From: Gammaproteobacteria bacterium
GTDB taxonomy: Bacteria > Pseudomonadota > Gammaproteobacteria > Steroidobacterales > PWYM01
Reading direction: 5' to 3'
Assembly: GCA_007693855.1 (NCBI GenBank)
Contig: RECU01000035.1
Location: 11,600 to 75,599, forward strand
DNA: 64,000 nucleotides
Shown here: positions 18,440-28,521 of the stretch, in pieces
Position numbering within the stretch: the stretch's first letter is position 1
How the letters are laid out: each line of letters opens with the position of its first letter
The notes under the pieces: generated by a model
The model's database searches: none
Seen by the model: only the letters and a program-made list of their open reading frames with translations
Told to the model about the DNA's origin: nothing
Program-made: the position numbers and the translations under genes

Positions 18440-19726
18440 TCAGTCGCGATGAGTCCCGGGCATTGCAGCACAATCTCGCGGGTGGCGCATGGGCTGTCGC
18501 CGGCCGTAGGTCAGGCTGCGCCACAGCCACTCCGCCGGCCCGAATCGAAAGCGTGCCAGCCACCAGTGGCTGAAGGCGATCTGCAGCGCGAAAAACCCGA
18601 GCACCAGCAGGGGATGCGACCATCGCGGCACCTCGCCCCATAGCGCTGCGCCATGGCCATAGAACACCCAGGTCCACACCAGCGACTGACAGAGATAGTT
18701 GGTCAGCGCCATGCGTCCGACCGGTGCGAGCAGGCGCAGGCGCTCGGCGGCCAGCACGACGGTCGCCAGATAGCCGAGCGACAGCAGCACGGCACCGGTG
18801 ATCATCAGGCTCAATCCAGCCGCCATCGGTAGCGTCGGCGTCATCTGGCTGCCATTCCACATCAGGGTGACAGCAGCGGCCGACAGGGGCAGGCCGAGCA
18901 GCAGGCCCCGGAGCCGCCAACCCCGAAAGAAGGCCTCATGCGCTGACGGTTGGCTCAGCCGACCACTCTCGAGCAGCCAGCGGCCGAGCAGGAAATAGCC
19001 GAGGATCGGTGGAATCCAGAACAGGGCGTTGGTGAACAGAAATCCGGCATCGCGCAGCCGCTGGCCGACATTGGCCAGCCAGCTGCCCTCGGCGTGGATG
19101 ATCGCGGCGGCGGCAATCTGTTCCCGCAGCAGGGCCTGGTCATCGGCAAAGCCCTGCATGATCGAGGCATAGAGCTCCGGATTACCGCGGGTCGCGGCGA
19201 TCGACAGGGCGCCCGCCCAGGCCAGCAGCGAGGGCAGCGCCAGCAGCGCGATGGCCCACTTCCAAAGCCGCGTCACCGGCGTGCGACTGAACACCAGCAG
19301 CATCAGCATGCCGCAGAGCGCATACACCAGCAGGATGTCACCGGCCCAGATCAGCAGGAGGTGGGCTACGCCGAACAGGGCAAGCAACAGCAGACGCCGA
19401 AAATACAGCCCACGAAACGCCGTGTCATGGGCCAGCGCACGGCTGGCCATCAGCGCGAAGCCCGCGCCAAAGAGCATGGAGAACAGCGCGTAGAACTTGC
19501 CTTCCGCCAAAGTCTTGATCGTGAAGTCCACGACGCGATCGACGCCCTCGAGGCCGGGTTCCGCGCCGAAGACGATGGCCTGGAGGGGCCGTGTGAACCA
19601 CTCGAAATTCACGAACAGGATGCCGAGCAAGGCGAACCCCCGCAGCACGTCGAGATGGAGCAGCCGGTCGGCGGCAGGACCGAATGGAGTGCTGGTCGAG
19701 CCGTGCGGAAGGGCCGATGAAGACAT
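18440..19726 (-). CDS. DUF418 (YeiB-like) polytopic membrane protein
   Basis: 'RLLHLDVLRGFALLGILFVNFEWF...FYALFSMLFGAGFAL' is typical of DUF418/YeiB. The ATG at 19726 has GAGGGA 8 nt upstream. The track ORF extends to 19807. Confidence 0.75.
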   Translation of the reverse strand: MSSSALPHGSTSTPFGPAADRLLHLDVLRGFALLGILFVNFEWFTRPLQAIVFGAEPGLEGVDRVVDFTIKTLAEGKFYALFSMLFGAGFALMASRALAHDTAFRGLYFRRLLLLALFGVAHLLLIWAGDILLVYALCGMLMLLVFSRTPVTRLWKWAIALLALPSLLAWAGALSIAATRGNPELYASIMQGFADDQALLREQIAAAAIIHAEGSWLANVGQRLRDAGFLFTNALFWIPPILGYFLLGRWLLESGRLSQPSAHEAFFRGWRLRGLLLGLPLSAAAVTLMWNGSQMTPTLPMAAGLSLMITGAVLLSLGYLATVVLAAERLRLLAPVGRMALTNYLCQSLVWTWVFYGHGAALWGEVPRWSHPLLVLGFFALQIAFSHWWLARFRFGPAEWLWRSLTYGRRQPMRHPRDCAAMPGTHRD

Positions 19727-19818
19727 GATGCTTTTCCCTCGGTAGACAGCTGGACGCAGATGCAATGACGATTCAGAGACCCGCAGGATACCAGCCCGCC
19801 ACGGCAACGCTGGCGCGG

Positions 19819-20289
19819 TCAGTGCACGCGTTGCGGGAGAGGCTCGCCAGCCGATGACAGCGTCATCTCATCCATCCTCTGGGCTGGACGGATCTGATGT
19901 GCGGACACGTGCTCGCCCATGGCGCGCGCGTAGGCCAGGCATCGTTGTTCGGCCAGCCGCGCCATGGTGGGCGGCAGTGTCACCATCAGGGTGGGGGAGC
20001 TGCTGTCGCCCGGGGTGCATTCGGCGAACATGCGCAGCAGTCCGAGTTCACTGTCGCCAACCCGATGGGCGCACACGGGCAGGATGCCGGACAGCATATC
20101 GGGCATGAGTGCGAGCATCGTGAGCAGTTCGTCGAGGGCGCGGCGAGCCGGGGTGGGCAGGCCTGCAGCAATGAGGCCCGCGTCCCAACCGGTCATCGGT
20201 GTCTGGCCGCGCAGGTGCTCGTGCACCCACAGGCGGATCGTGACCAGCGTGAGGTGGCTGGCGGTGTTAAGTCGTGGCAGGTCTACCAT
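19819..20289 (-). CDS. hypothetical protein (156 aa, predicted all-helical, no family recognised)
   Basis: Strong RBS GGGAGGA 6 nt upstream of the ATG at 20289. Codon usage matches the neighbouring genes. I recognise no motif. Confidence 0.5.
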   Translation of the reverse strand: MVDLPRLNTASHLTLVTIRLWVHEHLRGQTPMTGWDAGLIAAGLPTPARRALDELLTMLALMPDMLSGILPVCAHRVGDSELGLLRMFAECTPGDSSSPTLMVTLPPTMARLAEQRCLAYARAMGEHVSAHQIRPAQRMDEMTLSSAGEPLPQRVH

Positions 20290-20316
20290 GGTCGTTCCTC
20301 CCAGGAGAAAAGACCG

Positions 20317-20391
20317 TGGCTGGCTGGGACGTCCTGGCTGGAGGAGGCCTTGGTGACGGAGCAGGGCACCGGGGACGTCTGGCTGGCTGGG
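20317..20391. repeat. direct repeat TGGCTGGCTGGG (20317-20328 and 20380-20391), each copy abutting a GACGTC palindrome
   Basis: Read directly in the 110-nt hemP-to-hypothetical spacer. Copy 1 is followed by GACGTC (overlapping its last G; the palindrome ends at 20333). Copy 2 is preceded by GACGTC (20374-20379). Confidence 0.5.
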
Positions 20392-20399
20392 GTCGAAAG

Positions 20400-20582
20400 C
20401 TATTTCGTCAGGATCAGTTTGTCGCTGGAGGTCCGGCGCAGGCGGTACTGTTCGGTCCCGTGCTGGATCAGCAGTTCCCGCCCACCCTGCAGCAGGCTGT
20501 CGGAGCGCACGCGCGGCAACTCATGGGGCTGAGGGGGCGCGTTTGCCCTGGGATGTTGCGGGGTGTCATGACGCTGACCCAT
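20400..20582 (-). CDS. hemP: hemin uptake protein HemP-like small protein
   Basis: 60 aa from the ATG at 20582. The C-terminus 'GGRELLIQHGTEQYRLRRTSSDKLILTK' matches the HemP family ending (...YRLR.T...KLILTK). Confidence 0.7.
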   Translation of the reverse strand: MGQRHDTPQHPRANAPPQPHELPRVRSDSLLQGGRELLIQHGTEQYRLRRTSSDKLILTK

Positions 20583-20609
20583 ATCGCTGACCTCATCGAT
20601 ACTGTTAAT

Positions 20610-20628
20610 GAGAACGATTCGCATTCTC
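20610..20628 (-). promoter_or_regulatory. candidate Fur box overlapping the hemP -10 element
   Basis: The minus-strand 19-mer GAGAATGCGAATCGTTCTC matches 14 of 19 positions of the E. coli Fur consensus GATAATGATAATCATTATC. It has dyad symmetry (GAGAA...TTCTC). Confidence 0.5.
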
Positions 20629-20651
20629 TATCAGAAGGCCGACCGGGTCAA
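20623..20651 (-). promoter_or_regulatory. candidate sigma70-type promoter of hemP (TTGACC - 17 nt - GAGAAT)
   Basis: Minus strand: -35 TTGACC (20651-20646), 17-nt spacer, -10 GAGAAT (20628-20623). It lies about 40 nt upstream of the ATG at 20582. Confidence 0.4.
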
Positions 20652-20657
20652 CCCTGG

Positions 20658-21851
20658 TCAGTCCGCCCGCACCCGGCTGCCCTCGCGCACCTGGTCCCCG
20701 GGATGCGTGATCACCCGCTCGCCGGCGACCAGACCGTCGATGATCTGCGTGGTCAGGCCGCTGGAGCGTCCGCGCTCGACCCGACGCAGCGCGGCCCGGC
20801 CGTCGTCGACCACGAACACCGCCCAGTCCCCCTCGCGGCGGAACAGCGCGCTGGTGGGCGCCTGCAGTACCTCGTCGTCCTCCCAGAGGATGAACTCCGC
20901 CTCGACCCGGAAGCCGACGCCCAGCGCGCGCCAGGCCTCGTCGGCATCGTCGAGATCCACGATCACCGGCACCCGCTGCTCCTCCACGCCCAGTGCCGAG
21001 ACCCGGGTGAACCCCGCCGGTTCCACTCGCCGCACCCGGCCCTCGATCACCTCGTCGCCGCCCCACCCGGTCAGGCGTACGCGCATGCCGGGGCGTACGC
21101 GCACCGCGGCCATCGACAGCAGGTCGACCTGCACTTCGAGGTCGTCGAGACTGCCGACATCGACCACCGCCTCGCCGGCGGCGATCGTGCCCTCGCAGCA
21201 GCGGTGACGGCGCAGGATCACCCCGGCCACGGGCGCACGGATCTCGAGCTCGGGCTGGTCTTCGGCGGGGCGCTGGCCGCTCGCGATATCCAGCACGGCC
21301 CGCGCGCTCTCCACTTCGAAGCCCGCCACCTCCACAGCGTATTCCGCGGCCCGGCGCGCAGCCGCCTGGCGATCGCGTGCCGCCCGCGCCCGCTCCATCT
21401 CGGTGGTGGAGACCAGGCCGCGGTCATGCAGCTCGCGATAGCGGGCGTATTCACTGGCCGCGAATTCGGCATCCGCCGCCACCGTGGCGAGGTTGGCCTC
21501 GGCGGTCTGGCGGCGGGCCCGCACCGCGGCCAGGTTCTCGCGAGCCTGTTCGAGGCTGCGGGCGTCGAGGGCCGGCGCCGGGTGCGGCTCCATGCGAAAC
21601 AGCGTCTCGCCCAGCTCGACGGTATCGCCCGGTTCGGGGCGCACGCGCTGGAGGTAGCCTGCGATCGGCGCCGAGACGGTATAGGTCTCGCGCAGTCGCG
21701 TCTGGCCTTCCTCGTCGACGGACTCGACGAAGGCCCCGCGGGTGACTTCTGCCGTACTCACCGGCAGCGGCGAGGGCCGCAGCGCGAGCACCAGCACCAG
21801 CGCCAGGGCGACGGCCAGCGCCGGCACGATCCAGCGTCTCTTCTGTTTCAT
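20658..21851 (-). CDS. HlyD-family efflux periplasmic adaptor (membrane fusion protein)
   Basis: 397 aa. An N-terminal anchor is followed by 'VSAPIAGYLQRV..PGDTVELGETLFRMEP', a coiled-coil hairpin, 'IRAPVAGVILRR' and a beta-barrel C-terminus. Confidence 0.85.
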   Translation of the reverse strand: MKQKRRWIVPALAVALALVLVLALRPSPLPVSTAEVTRGAFVESVDEEGQTRLRETYTVSAPIAGYLQRVRPEPGDTVELGETLFRMEPHPAPALDARSLEQARENLAAVRARRQTAEANLATVAADAEFAASEYARYRELHDRGLVSTTEMERARAARDRQAAARRAAEYAVEVAGFEVESARAVLDIASGQRPAEDQPELEIRAPVAGVILRRHRCCEGTIAAGEAVVDVGSLDDLEVQVDLLSMAAVRVRPGMRVRLTGWGGDEVIEGRVRRVEPAGFTRVSALGVEEQRVPVIVDLDDADEAWRALGVGFRVEAEFILWEDDEVLQAPTSALFRREGDWAVFVVDDGRAALRRVERGRSSGLTTQIIDGLVAGERVITHPGDQVREGSRVRAD

Positions 21852-21879
21852 GTCGATCCCCGTGTCATGCGTACTGCGT

Positions 21880-24245
21880 TCATTCGATGCTCTTCAGGGC
21901 CGCGACCATGTCGAGGTGCCTGAGCCGCCGGGCGATCAGCACGACCGACAGCAGCGAGGCCACCAGCACGCCGGCCGCGGCGAAGGCGTAGCTCTGGTGG
22001 GTGATGTGGAAGGGAATGCGGATCATGTCCATGCTGAAGGCGAGGCTGAGCAGCCAGGCGAACAGCGTGCCGAGCAGCCAGGCGACCGGGAGGGCCAGCA
22101 GCGTCAGCAGTGCGATCTCGCCGATCAGTACCCAGCCGACCTGGGCGCGGGTGAAGCCCAGCACCCGCAGCGTCGCCAGTTCGCGGGCGCGCTCGGCAAA
22201 GGCGATCCGGGCATTGTTGTAGACCAGCGCAAAGGTGATGGAGCCGGCGAGCAGCAGCAGAATGCTCATCAGTACCAGCACCGTGTCCTCCATGTACTGG
22301 CGCAGACCGTCCTCGGCCTGGCTGATCATGCCGATGCCGGCGACCCGTGGCGCGTCCCACAGGCGCGCATAGAGCGCATCGCGCCGGTCGGGATCGCTCA
22401 GCAGCCAGGCGCCGGTGATCGCCGGGCCTTCACGCATCAGCGCGTTCAGCGCGTCCAGGCGCATGTAGGTGCCGAGCCCCAGCGGCTCGTCCACCGTACC
22501 GGCCAGCGTCATCTCCAGCACCCGGCGGCGGCCTTCCATGATCTCGACCAGCACCCGGTCGCCAGGGCGAAGCTCGAGCTGATCGGCGAGGAAATCGGTC
22601 ATGAACAGGCCGTCGGCCGGGAGCTCGATCGGGCGCAGGCTGCGGTCGACCAGGCCGCGCAGCTGTGGCGAGGCCGGCAGTCCTTCGATGGCATTGCGCT
22701 CGCTCAGGTGGCCGTTGCGCAGCCGTACAGGCACGCTGCGATAGCCCTCGGCATAGTGCACGCCGGGCAGGGCACGCAGTTCGGCGAGCACGTGCGCCGA
22801 GGTCGGCTCGATGAAGGTGACATGCGTATCCATCTTCAGCACCTTGCGGTACTGGGTATCGATCATGTGGGTGACGGCGTTGAACTGGTAGCTGCCGAGC
22901 AGCAGCAGTGCACCGGAGAGCCCGATGCCGGTGATGGTCATGGCACTTTTCAGGCGGTGCCGTGAGAGATTGCGCAGAATGATGCGGGTGGTCTGTGCCA
23001 GCCACTGGCCGGCGGCAGTGCGGTCCATCCAGCCCTGGCGGAACTGTTCCGGTGCCGGTGGGCGCATCGCCTGGGCCGGGGGCAGGCGCACCGCCGCGGC
23101 GACCGAGCGGAAGGTGCCCAGGCCGGCCGCGAAGGCCGCGACCAGCGCAGCCAGCACCACCACGCGCAGCTGCAGCCGGGTCACCGTTTCCGGGAACCGG
23201 AAGTATTCCGCATAGAGCGCCGCCATCAGGTCGCCGGTGATACTGCCAAGGGCAATACCGAGGGCCACGCCGACCGCCACCATCAGGCCCGTCAGCAGCG
23301 CGTAGTGCACGGCCAGATCGCGGTCGTCATAGCCGAAGGCCTTGATGACCGCGATCTGCTGGCGCTGGGTGTTGACGATCCGGCCCATCAGCACGCTCAG
23401 CAGAAAGGCCGAGACGCCGAGAAACACCCCCGGCAGCACCACTGCCATCACCCTGAGCTGGGCGATCTCCTCCTGCAGGATGCGATGGGACATGAGGTCC
23501 TCACGGTCATGCGCGCCGATGCCACCGTAGGGGGCCAGCAGCCGGTCGAGGTGCTCGATCACGCTCGCGGTGCTGGCGCCGGCCTGGACGCTGGCCACCA
23601 CGCTGTTGAAGGCTCCGTCCATGGCGAAGGCGTTGCCGAGCGCCCGGCGGTTCATCCACATCACCGCATAGCGCTCGTAGTCCGGGAGCAGGTCGGTCGG
23701 GGCAACCTGGTAGATGAACTCCGGCGACAGCGCGATGCCGCTGATCACCAGCGTCTCGTAGCGCCCGCGAATGATCACCCGCAGCCGGTCGCCCATCCCC
23801 AGGCCGTGGGCCTCGGCGAAAGGCTCGCTCACCACCACCTGGTTGGCGCGACCCGACTCCGGGAGGCTGCCCGCGACCAGGTGCAGCCGGTTGAGGCTGG
23901 GCTGGCGACCGTCCGGTACGGACAGCAGTGTGCCGCGCACCGGATCGTCGAAGCCGGGGACTTCCAGGCGCACCGGTGCGACCACGCGGGTCTCCACCAG
24001 GTTGATGCCGGGGATCTCGCGCAGCCGCTCGGCGATGACCTCGGGCGCGCGGTTGACGCTGGCAAACACGTCGCCGAGCTGGTGGGTGGCATAGAACCGG
24101 TCCATCGACAGACGGATGGCGTCCAGCGAGGTCACCGAGATCATCAGCGTCATCACGCCGCCGGCAATCACCACGGCGATCGCCGCCACCTGGCCCTTCA
24201 GCCCGGCGAGGTCGCGCAGCAGCTTGCGGTGCAGGGTGAGCATGC

Positions 24246-24252
<7 letters not shown>
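21880..24252 (-). CDS. ABC transporter permease with two FtsX/MacB-type domains
   Basis: 790 aa. The N-terminal '[27 protein letters not shown]' and the repeated FtsX 4-TM modules with large periplasmic loops support the call. Confidence 0.85.
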
Positions 24253-24983
<731 letters not shown>

Positions 24984-25013
24984 GAGTACTCACCTGCTCG
25001 TGGTTGGCAAGAG

Positions 25014-25892
25014 TCAGCCCGGCTGCCAGATCTCCGGGCCACCGCAGATTTTCGGATCGACGGTGCCGACAATCTCGGTGTCCTTGCCGTCGTAGTCCAG
25101 CGCGCCGAGGATGGCGCGGATGGCGGTGAGCCGGGCGCGGTACTTGTCGTCGCCACGGATGACCGTCCAGGGTGCGATGGCCGAATGACTGGCCCGGAAG
25201 GTCTCGGCGATGGCTTCGGAATAGACGTCCCAGCGCGCGAGCCCCTCGATGTCGATGCGGCTGAGCTTCCAGTGGCGCAGTGGGTCGGTCTCACGGCGCA
25301 GCAGCCGACGCAGCTGCTCGGCACGCCCCACGTTCAGCCAGAGCTTCACCAGCACGATGCCCTCGCCGACGAGCGTCTGCTCGAAGCCGGGCAACTGGGC
25401 GAAGAATCGCGCCCGCTCCTCGGCGGTGCAGAACTCGAAGACCTTCTCGATCACACCGCGGTTGTACCAGCTGCGGTCGAACAGGGTCAGCTCGCCGGCC
25501 GCCGGCAGATGGGCGACATAGCGCTGGAAGTACCACTGCGTGCGTTCGCGCTCCGTGGGCTTGGACAGCGCGATGATGTGGGCGATGCGCGGGTTGAGGT
25601 TCATCGTCACCCGGCTGATCGCACCGCCCTTGCCGGCCCCGTCGCGGCCCTCGAACACCACCACCACGCGCGCACCACTCTCCTGCACCCAGTGCTGGCA
25701 TTTCACCAGTTCGATCTGCAGCGGCTCGAGTTCGGCCTCGTAATCGCTTTTCTTCATCCAGCGATCGTAGGGATAGCTTTCATCGAGGATGTCGCGCTTG
25801 CGGCCTTCCTCGATGGCAGTACGGATCGCCTTCGGTGCCTCTTCTTCGAGGAAGCGGCTGACAGCGCCGTCAAAAGGCAGGGGCAGGGGCAT
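25014..25892 (-). CDS. ppk2: polyphosphate kinase 2 (single-domain PPK2)
   Basis: 'VVVFEGRDGAGKGGAISRV' (Walker A), 'TQWYFQRYVAHLPAAGELTLFDRSWYNR' and 'RHWKLS..D'. The ATG at 25892 is preferred; the track's GTG is at 25907. Confidence 0.9.
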   Translation of the reverse strand: MPLPLPFDGAVSRFLEEEAPKAIRTAIEEGRKRDILDESYPYDRWMKKSDYEAELEPLQIELVKCQHWVQESGARVVVVFEGRDGAGKGGAISRVTMNLNPRIAHIIALSKPTERERTQWYFQRYVAHLPAAGELTLFDRSWYNRGVIEKVFEFCTAEERARFFAQLPGFEQTLVGEGIVLVKLWLNVGRAEQLRRLLRRETDPLRHWKLSRIDIEGLARWDVYSEAIAETFRASHSAIAPWTVIRGDDKYRARLTAIRAILGALDYDGKDTEIVGTVDPKICGGPEIWQPG

Positions 25893-26121
25893 GTGCGAGG
25901 ACTCCACGGTCTGGCCTGCCTACAGGGTATACGAATCCGTCTGGAGTTCGTGTCTGGTATCGCCGCAGAGCCTCGCGTCTGCCCGCTATCGCCGGCGCGC
26001 GCTATCGGGCGGCAGCATCCGTCGGGATCGCATCTACCGGCTGCTCGAAGGCGATGAACAGGATGCACGGGTCCGGTCCCTCGGCGCAGTGACCCTCGTG
26101 GGCCAACGCCGTGTCGGCAGG

Positions 26122-27777
26122 CTAGTGGCCGAGGGCCACGCGTGCCTCCTCCACGCCTTGGCGGCGCGAGTCTCCCGTCATCTCCAGTAGACGGGCGTAG
26201 CACCCGCGGCTTCCCGGCAGGTCGCCGGCGGCCCTGGCGGCCCGCGCGGCTCCCAGCAGTGTGTTGAATCTCGTGGGCCAGACGGTATCGGCACGCTGAT
26301 AGGCCGCCAGCGCGGCCTGCGGCTGCTCAAGTTTCAGCAGCAGGTCCCCGAGGGCCTCATTGGGTGGCAGCAGTGCCCCGGGGGTGACGGGGTGTTTTTC
26401 CACTGAACGCTCGAGTTCGACTGCCGAGCGTAACTGCGCGAGGGCCTCGTCCGGACGCCCCTCCGCGAAGTGAATCCAGCCGGAGAGGATGTGGCGGTCG
26501 ACCTCCAGATAGGTGGCGAACGCGTCTTCGTTTCGCGATCGGGCATGCGCGGCGAGGTCGGTCAGGTGCTGCTCGGCGGTACGGGCGAGTTCGAGTTGAC
26601 CCCCGTGGACGCCACCCAACCCTTTCGCATACCAGCTCAACCCCTCGGCCCAGGCGGATTCGTCCCACGGCAGCTCGGCCGGTGAGCGCGGCTCGAGGGC
26701 CATGGCCTGCTGCCAGTCGCGCTGCTCGACGGCGAGCCGGGCCGGAATGGCGGCGTGGTGAAAGGCGCTGACGAACGAGCGCTGGTGTGCGCCGGCGCCC
26801 AGCGCCTCCTCGGCCAGTTCGCTCGCGCGACGGTCCTCGCCGCGCTGCAGGTGGGCATAGACGAGATAGTCGATGGCGTGGATGTAGTGATGCGAGATCA
26901 GCTCCGGAGGAGACTGCGCCAACGCGGCTTGTGCCGAGCGCAGGTTCCAGTCGATCACCTGCGGCCAGTCGCCGAGGCGGACGTAGATGTGCGAGGGCAT
27001 GTGCAGCGCATGCGGGACTTCCGGGGCAATTGTCGCGTAGTGCTCGACCAGGTCGAGGGCGTTGGCGGCGCGGCCGTCGGCGTCGGTCGCGTGAATCGAG
27101 TAGTGGATGGCGCCGGGGTGATCGGGCTTACGTTCCCAGACCTGTCGCAGCAGCACCTCGGCCCAGTCGTGCAGCTTGTCCCGATCCCGCCCTGGCGTCT
27201 GTGCCATCGACAGCAGCGCCAGGGCGTGCAGCGAGGCGATGTCGGGGTCGTCGGGATGGCTGGCATAGGCCGCCGCCATGCCCTGGTGCCACCCTTCCAG
27301 CCGGTCGCTGAACGCTGCGCCCTCCGCATCGGTGAAAAATGCCGCCGTGGCGTCGAGCAGTCGCTGTTCGCGCGGGTCGCTCACACCGATGGCTGCGGCA
27401 CGTTCGATACTGCGGATGCCCTGTTGCAACTCCTCGGCGGTCGGGCGGGTGCCCCACAGGGGCTGGAACAGGGTGGTGGCGATGCCCCAGTAGGCCATCG
27501 CGCAGTCCGGGGCGGTGTCGGTGATCGCCGTGAAGGCCTCGCGGGCCTGCACGTACATCATGTGGTGCATCAGCCCGAAGGCATGGTCAAAGTCGGCCTG
27601 CACGCCGTCATCACAGGCGACGCGGAAATCCACGCTACCGATGTCGCCCGATATGGCCGTGGCGGTGTCTTCATGGTGAGCGTGCTGGTGCTGGGCCGTG
27701 CTGTGGGTGGACAAGGTGATGCCGCCGGTCAACAGGCTGGCAAATACGCAGGCCGATAAGCGGGACGTGGGATTCAT
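26122..27777 (-). CDS. secreted TPR-like repeat protein with a His-rich mature N-terminus
   Basis: 551 aa. A signal peptide is followed by 'AQHQHAHHED', then long alpha-helical repeats. GGAGGA RBS 6 nt upstream of the ATG. No specific family recognised. Confidence 0.55.
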   Translation of the reverse strand: MNPTSRLSACVFASLLTGGITLSTHSTAQHQHAHHEDTATAISGDIGSVDFRVACDDGVQADFDHAFGLMHHMMYVQAREAFTAITDTAPDCAMAYWGIATTLFQPLWGTRPTAEELQQGIRSIERAAAIGVSDPREQRLLDATAAFFTDAEGAAFSDRLEGWHQGMAAAYASHPDDPDIASLHALALLSMAQTPGRDRDKLHDWAEVLLRQVWERKPDHPGAIHYSIHATDADGRAANALDLVEHYATIAPEVPHALHMPSHIYVRLGDWPQVIDWNLRSAQAALAQSPPELISHHYIHAIDYLVYAHLQRGEDRRASELAEEALGAGAHQRSFVSAFHHAAIPARLAVEQRDWQQAMALEPRSPAELPWDESAWAEGLSWYAKGLGGVHGGQLELARTAEQHLTDLAAHARSRNEDAFATYLEVDRHILSGWIHFAEGRPDEALAQLRSAVELERSVEKHPVTPGALLPPNEALGDLLLKLEQPQAALAAYQRADTVWPTRFNTLLGAARAARAAGDLPGSRGCYARLLEMTGDSRRQGVEEARVALGH

Positions 27778-28054
27778 GATGCTGTCCTCCGTTGCGCGCG
27801 CGGAGCGTGTCTGGCCTTCGGGCCAGTCTGTGGCGCTGGTCGCGGATGCGGCGCGACGCGCGGGTAGTCCAGGCGGGTGCTCTTGGTCCGCAGACCTGTT
27901 GTTATTACCCGCCGGTTAGGGAGCCGGTGCGCGCGGGCCTCGGCGGGTCGGACTACACGCTCCATCCCTACCATCCCAGCCGCAGAAGTCAAGTCCTGCA
28001 GTGATGCCTGCGCGCTATCATGCAGTGCACCACGCGGGTTCACGGGAGAATGAG

Positions 28055-28435
28055 ATGCGGACGTTCGCGCTGCTTGGCGCCGTGTTCGGCGGCGTTGCCG
28101 TCGCCTTGGGCGCATTCGCAGCCCACGCGCTGGCCGCGCGGGTCGAGCCGCGTATGCTCGAGGTGTTCGAGACCGCGGCGCGCTACCAGATGTTCCATGC
28201 GCTGGCGCTGTTCGCGGTGGCCTGGGTCGGTCGAGAGACCCGCGCGGCCAGCGCCAGGCTCGCCGGCTGGGCCTTTGTGATCGGCATCGTGCTGTTCTCG
28301 GGCTCGCTGTACGCCATGGTGTTCTCCGGCGTGCGCGCGCTCGGCATGATCACGCCACTGGGCGGTGTGGCCTTCATTGTTGGCTGGCTTGCCCTGGCGT
28401 TCGCCTGCTGGCGGCTGCACACGCCGGAGCACTGA
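28055..28435 (+). CDS. DUF423 (YgdD/TMEM256-like) membrane protein
   Basis: 126 aa with 4 TM helices, containing 'GAFAAHAL....YQMFHALAL'. GGGAGA RBS before the ATG at 28055. Confidence 0.8.
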   Translation: MRTFALLGAVFGGVAVALGAFAAHALAARVEPRMLEVFETAARYQMFHALALFAVAWVGRETRAASARLAGWAFVIGIVLFSGSLYAMVFSGVRALGMITPLGGVAFIVGWLALAFACWRLHTPEH

Positions 28436-28521
28436 GCCCCCACCTCGAGAGTCGAGCCGCGGGCGCAGGCAGGGTAGAATGGGGAGTTGCGCCGCACACG
28501 GACTCTGGAGGGACGCCTGAC

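Noticed and set aside
26002-26106. A 34-codon minus-strand ORF (TTG start), in frame after the TPR gene stop, encoding '...AHEGHCAEGPDPCILFIAFEQPVD...'.
   Set aside because: It has no RBS, uses a non-ATG start, is very short and has no recognisable family. It may be a gene remnant, but that is not supportable.
27914-27934. The string GGTTAGGGAGCCGGTGCGCGC, which superficially resembles the 5' part of a cobalamin riboswitch.
   Set aside because: No B12-box (GCCACTG-like) or the remaining conserved elements follow it. The flanking genes (TPR protein, DUF423) have no cobalamin link.
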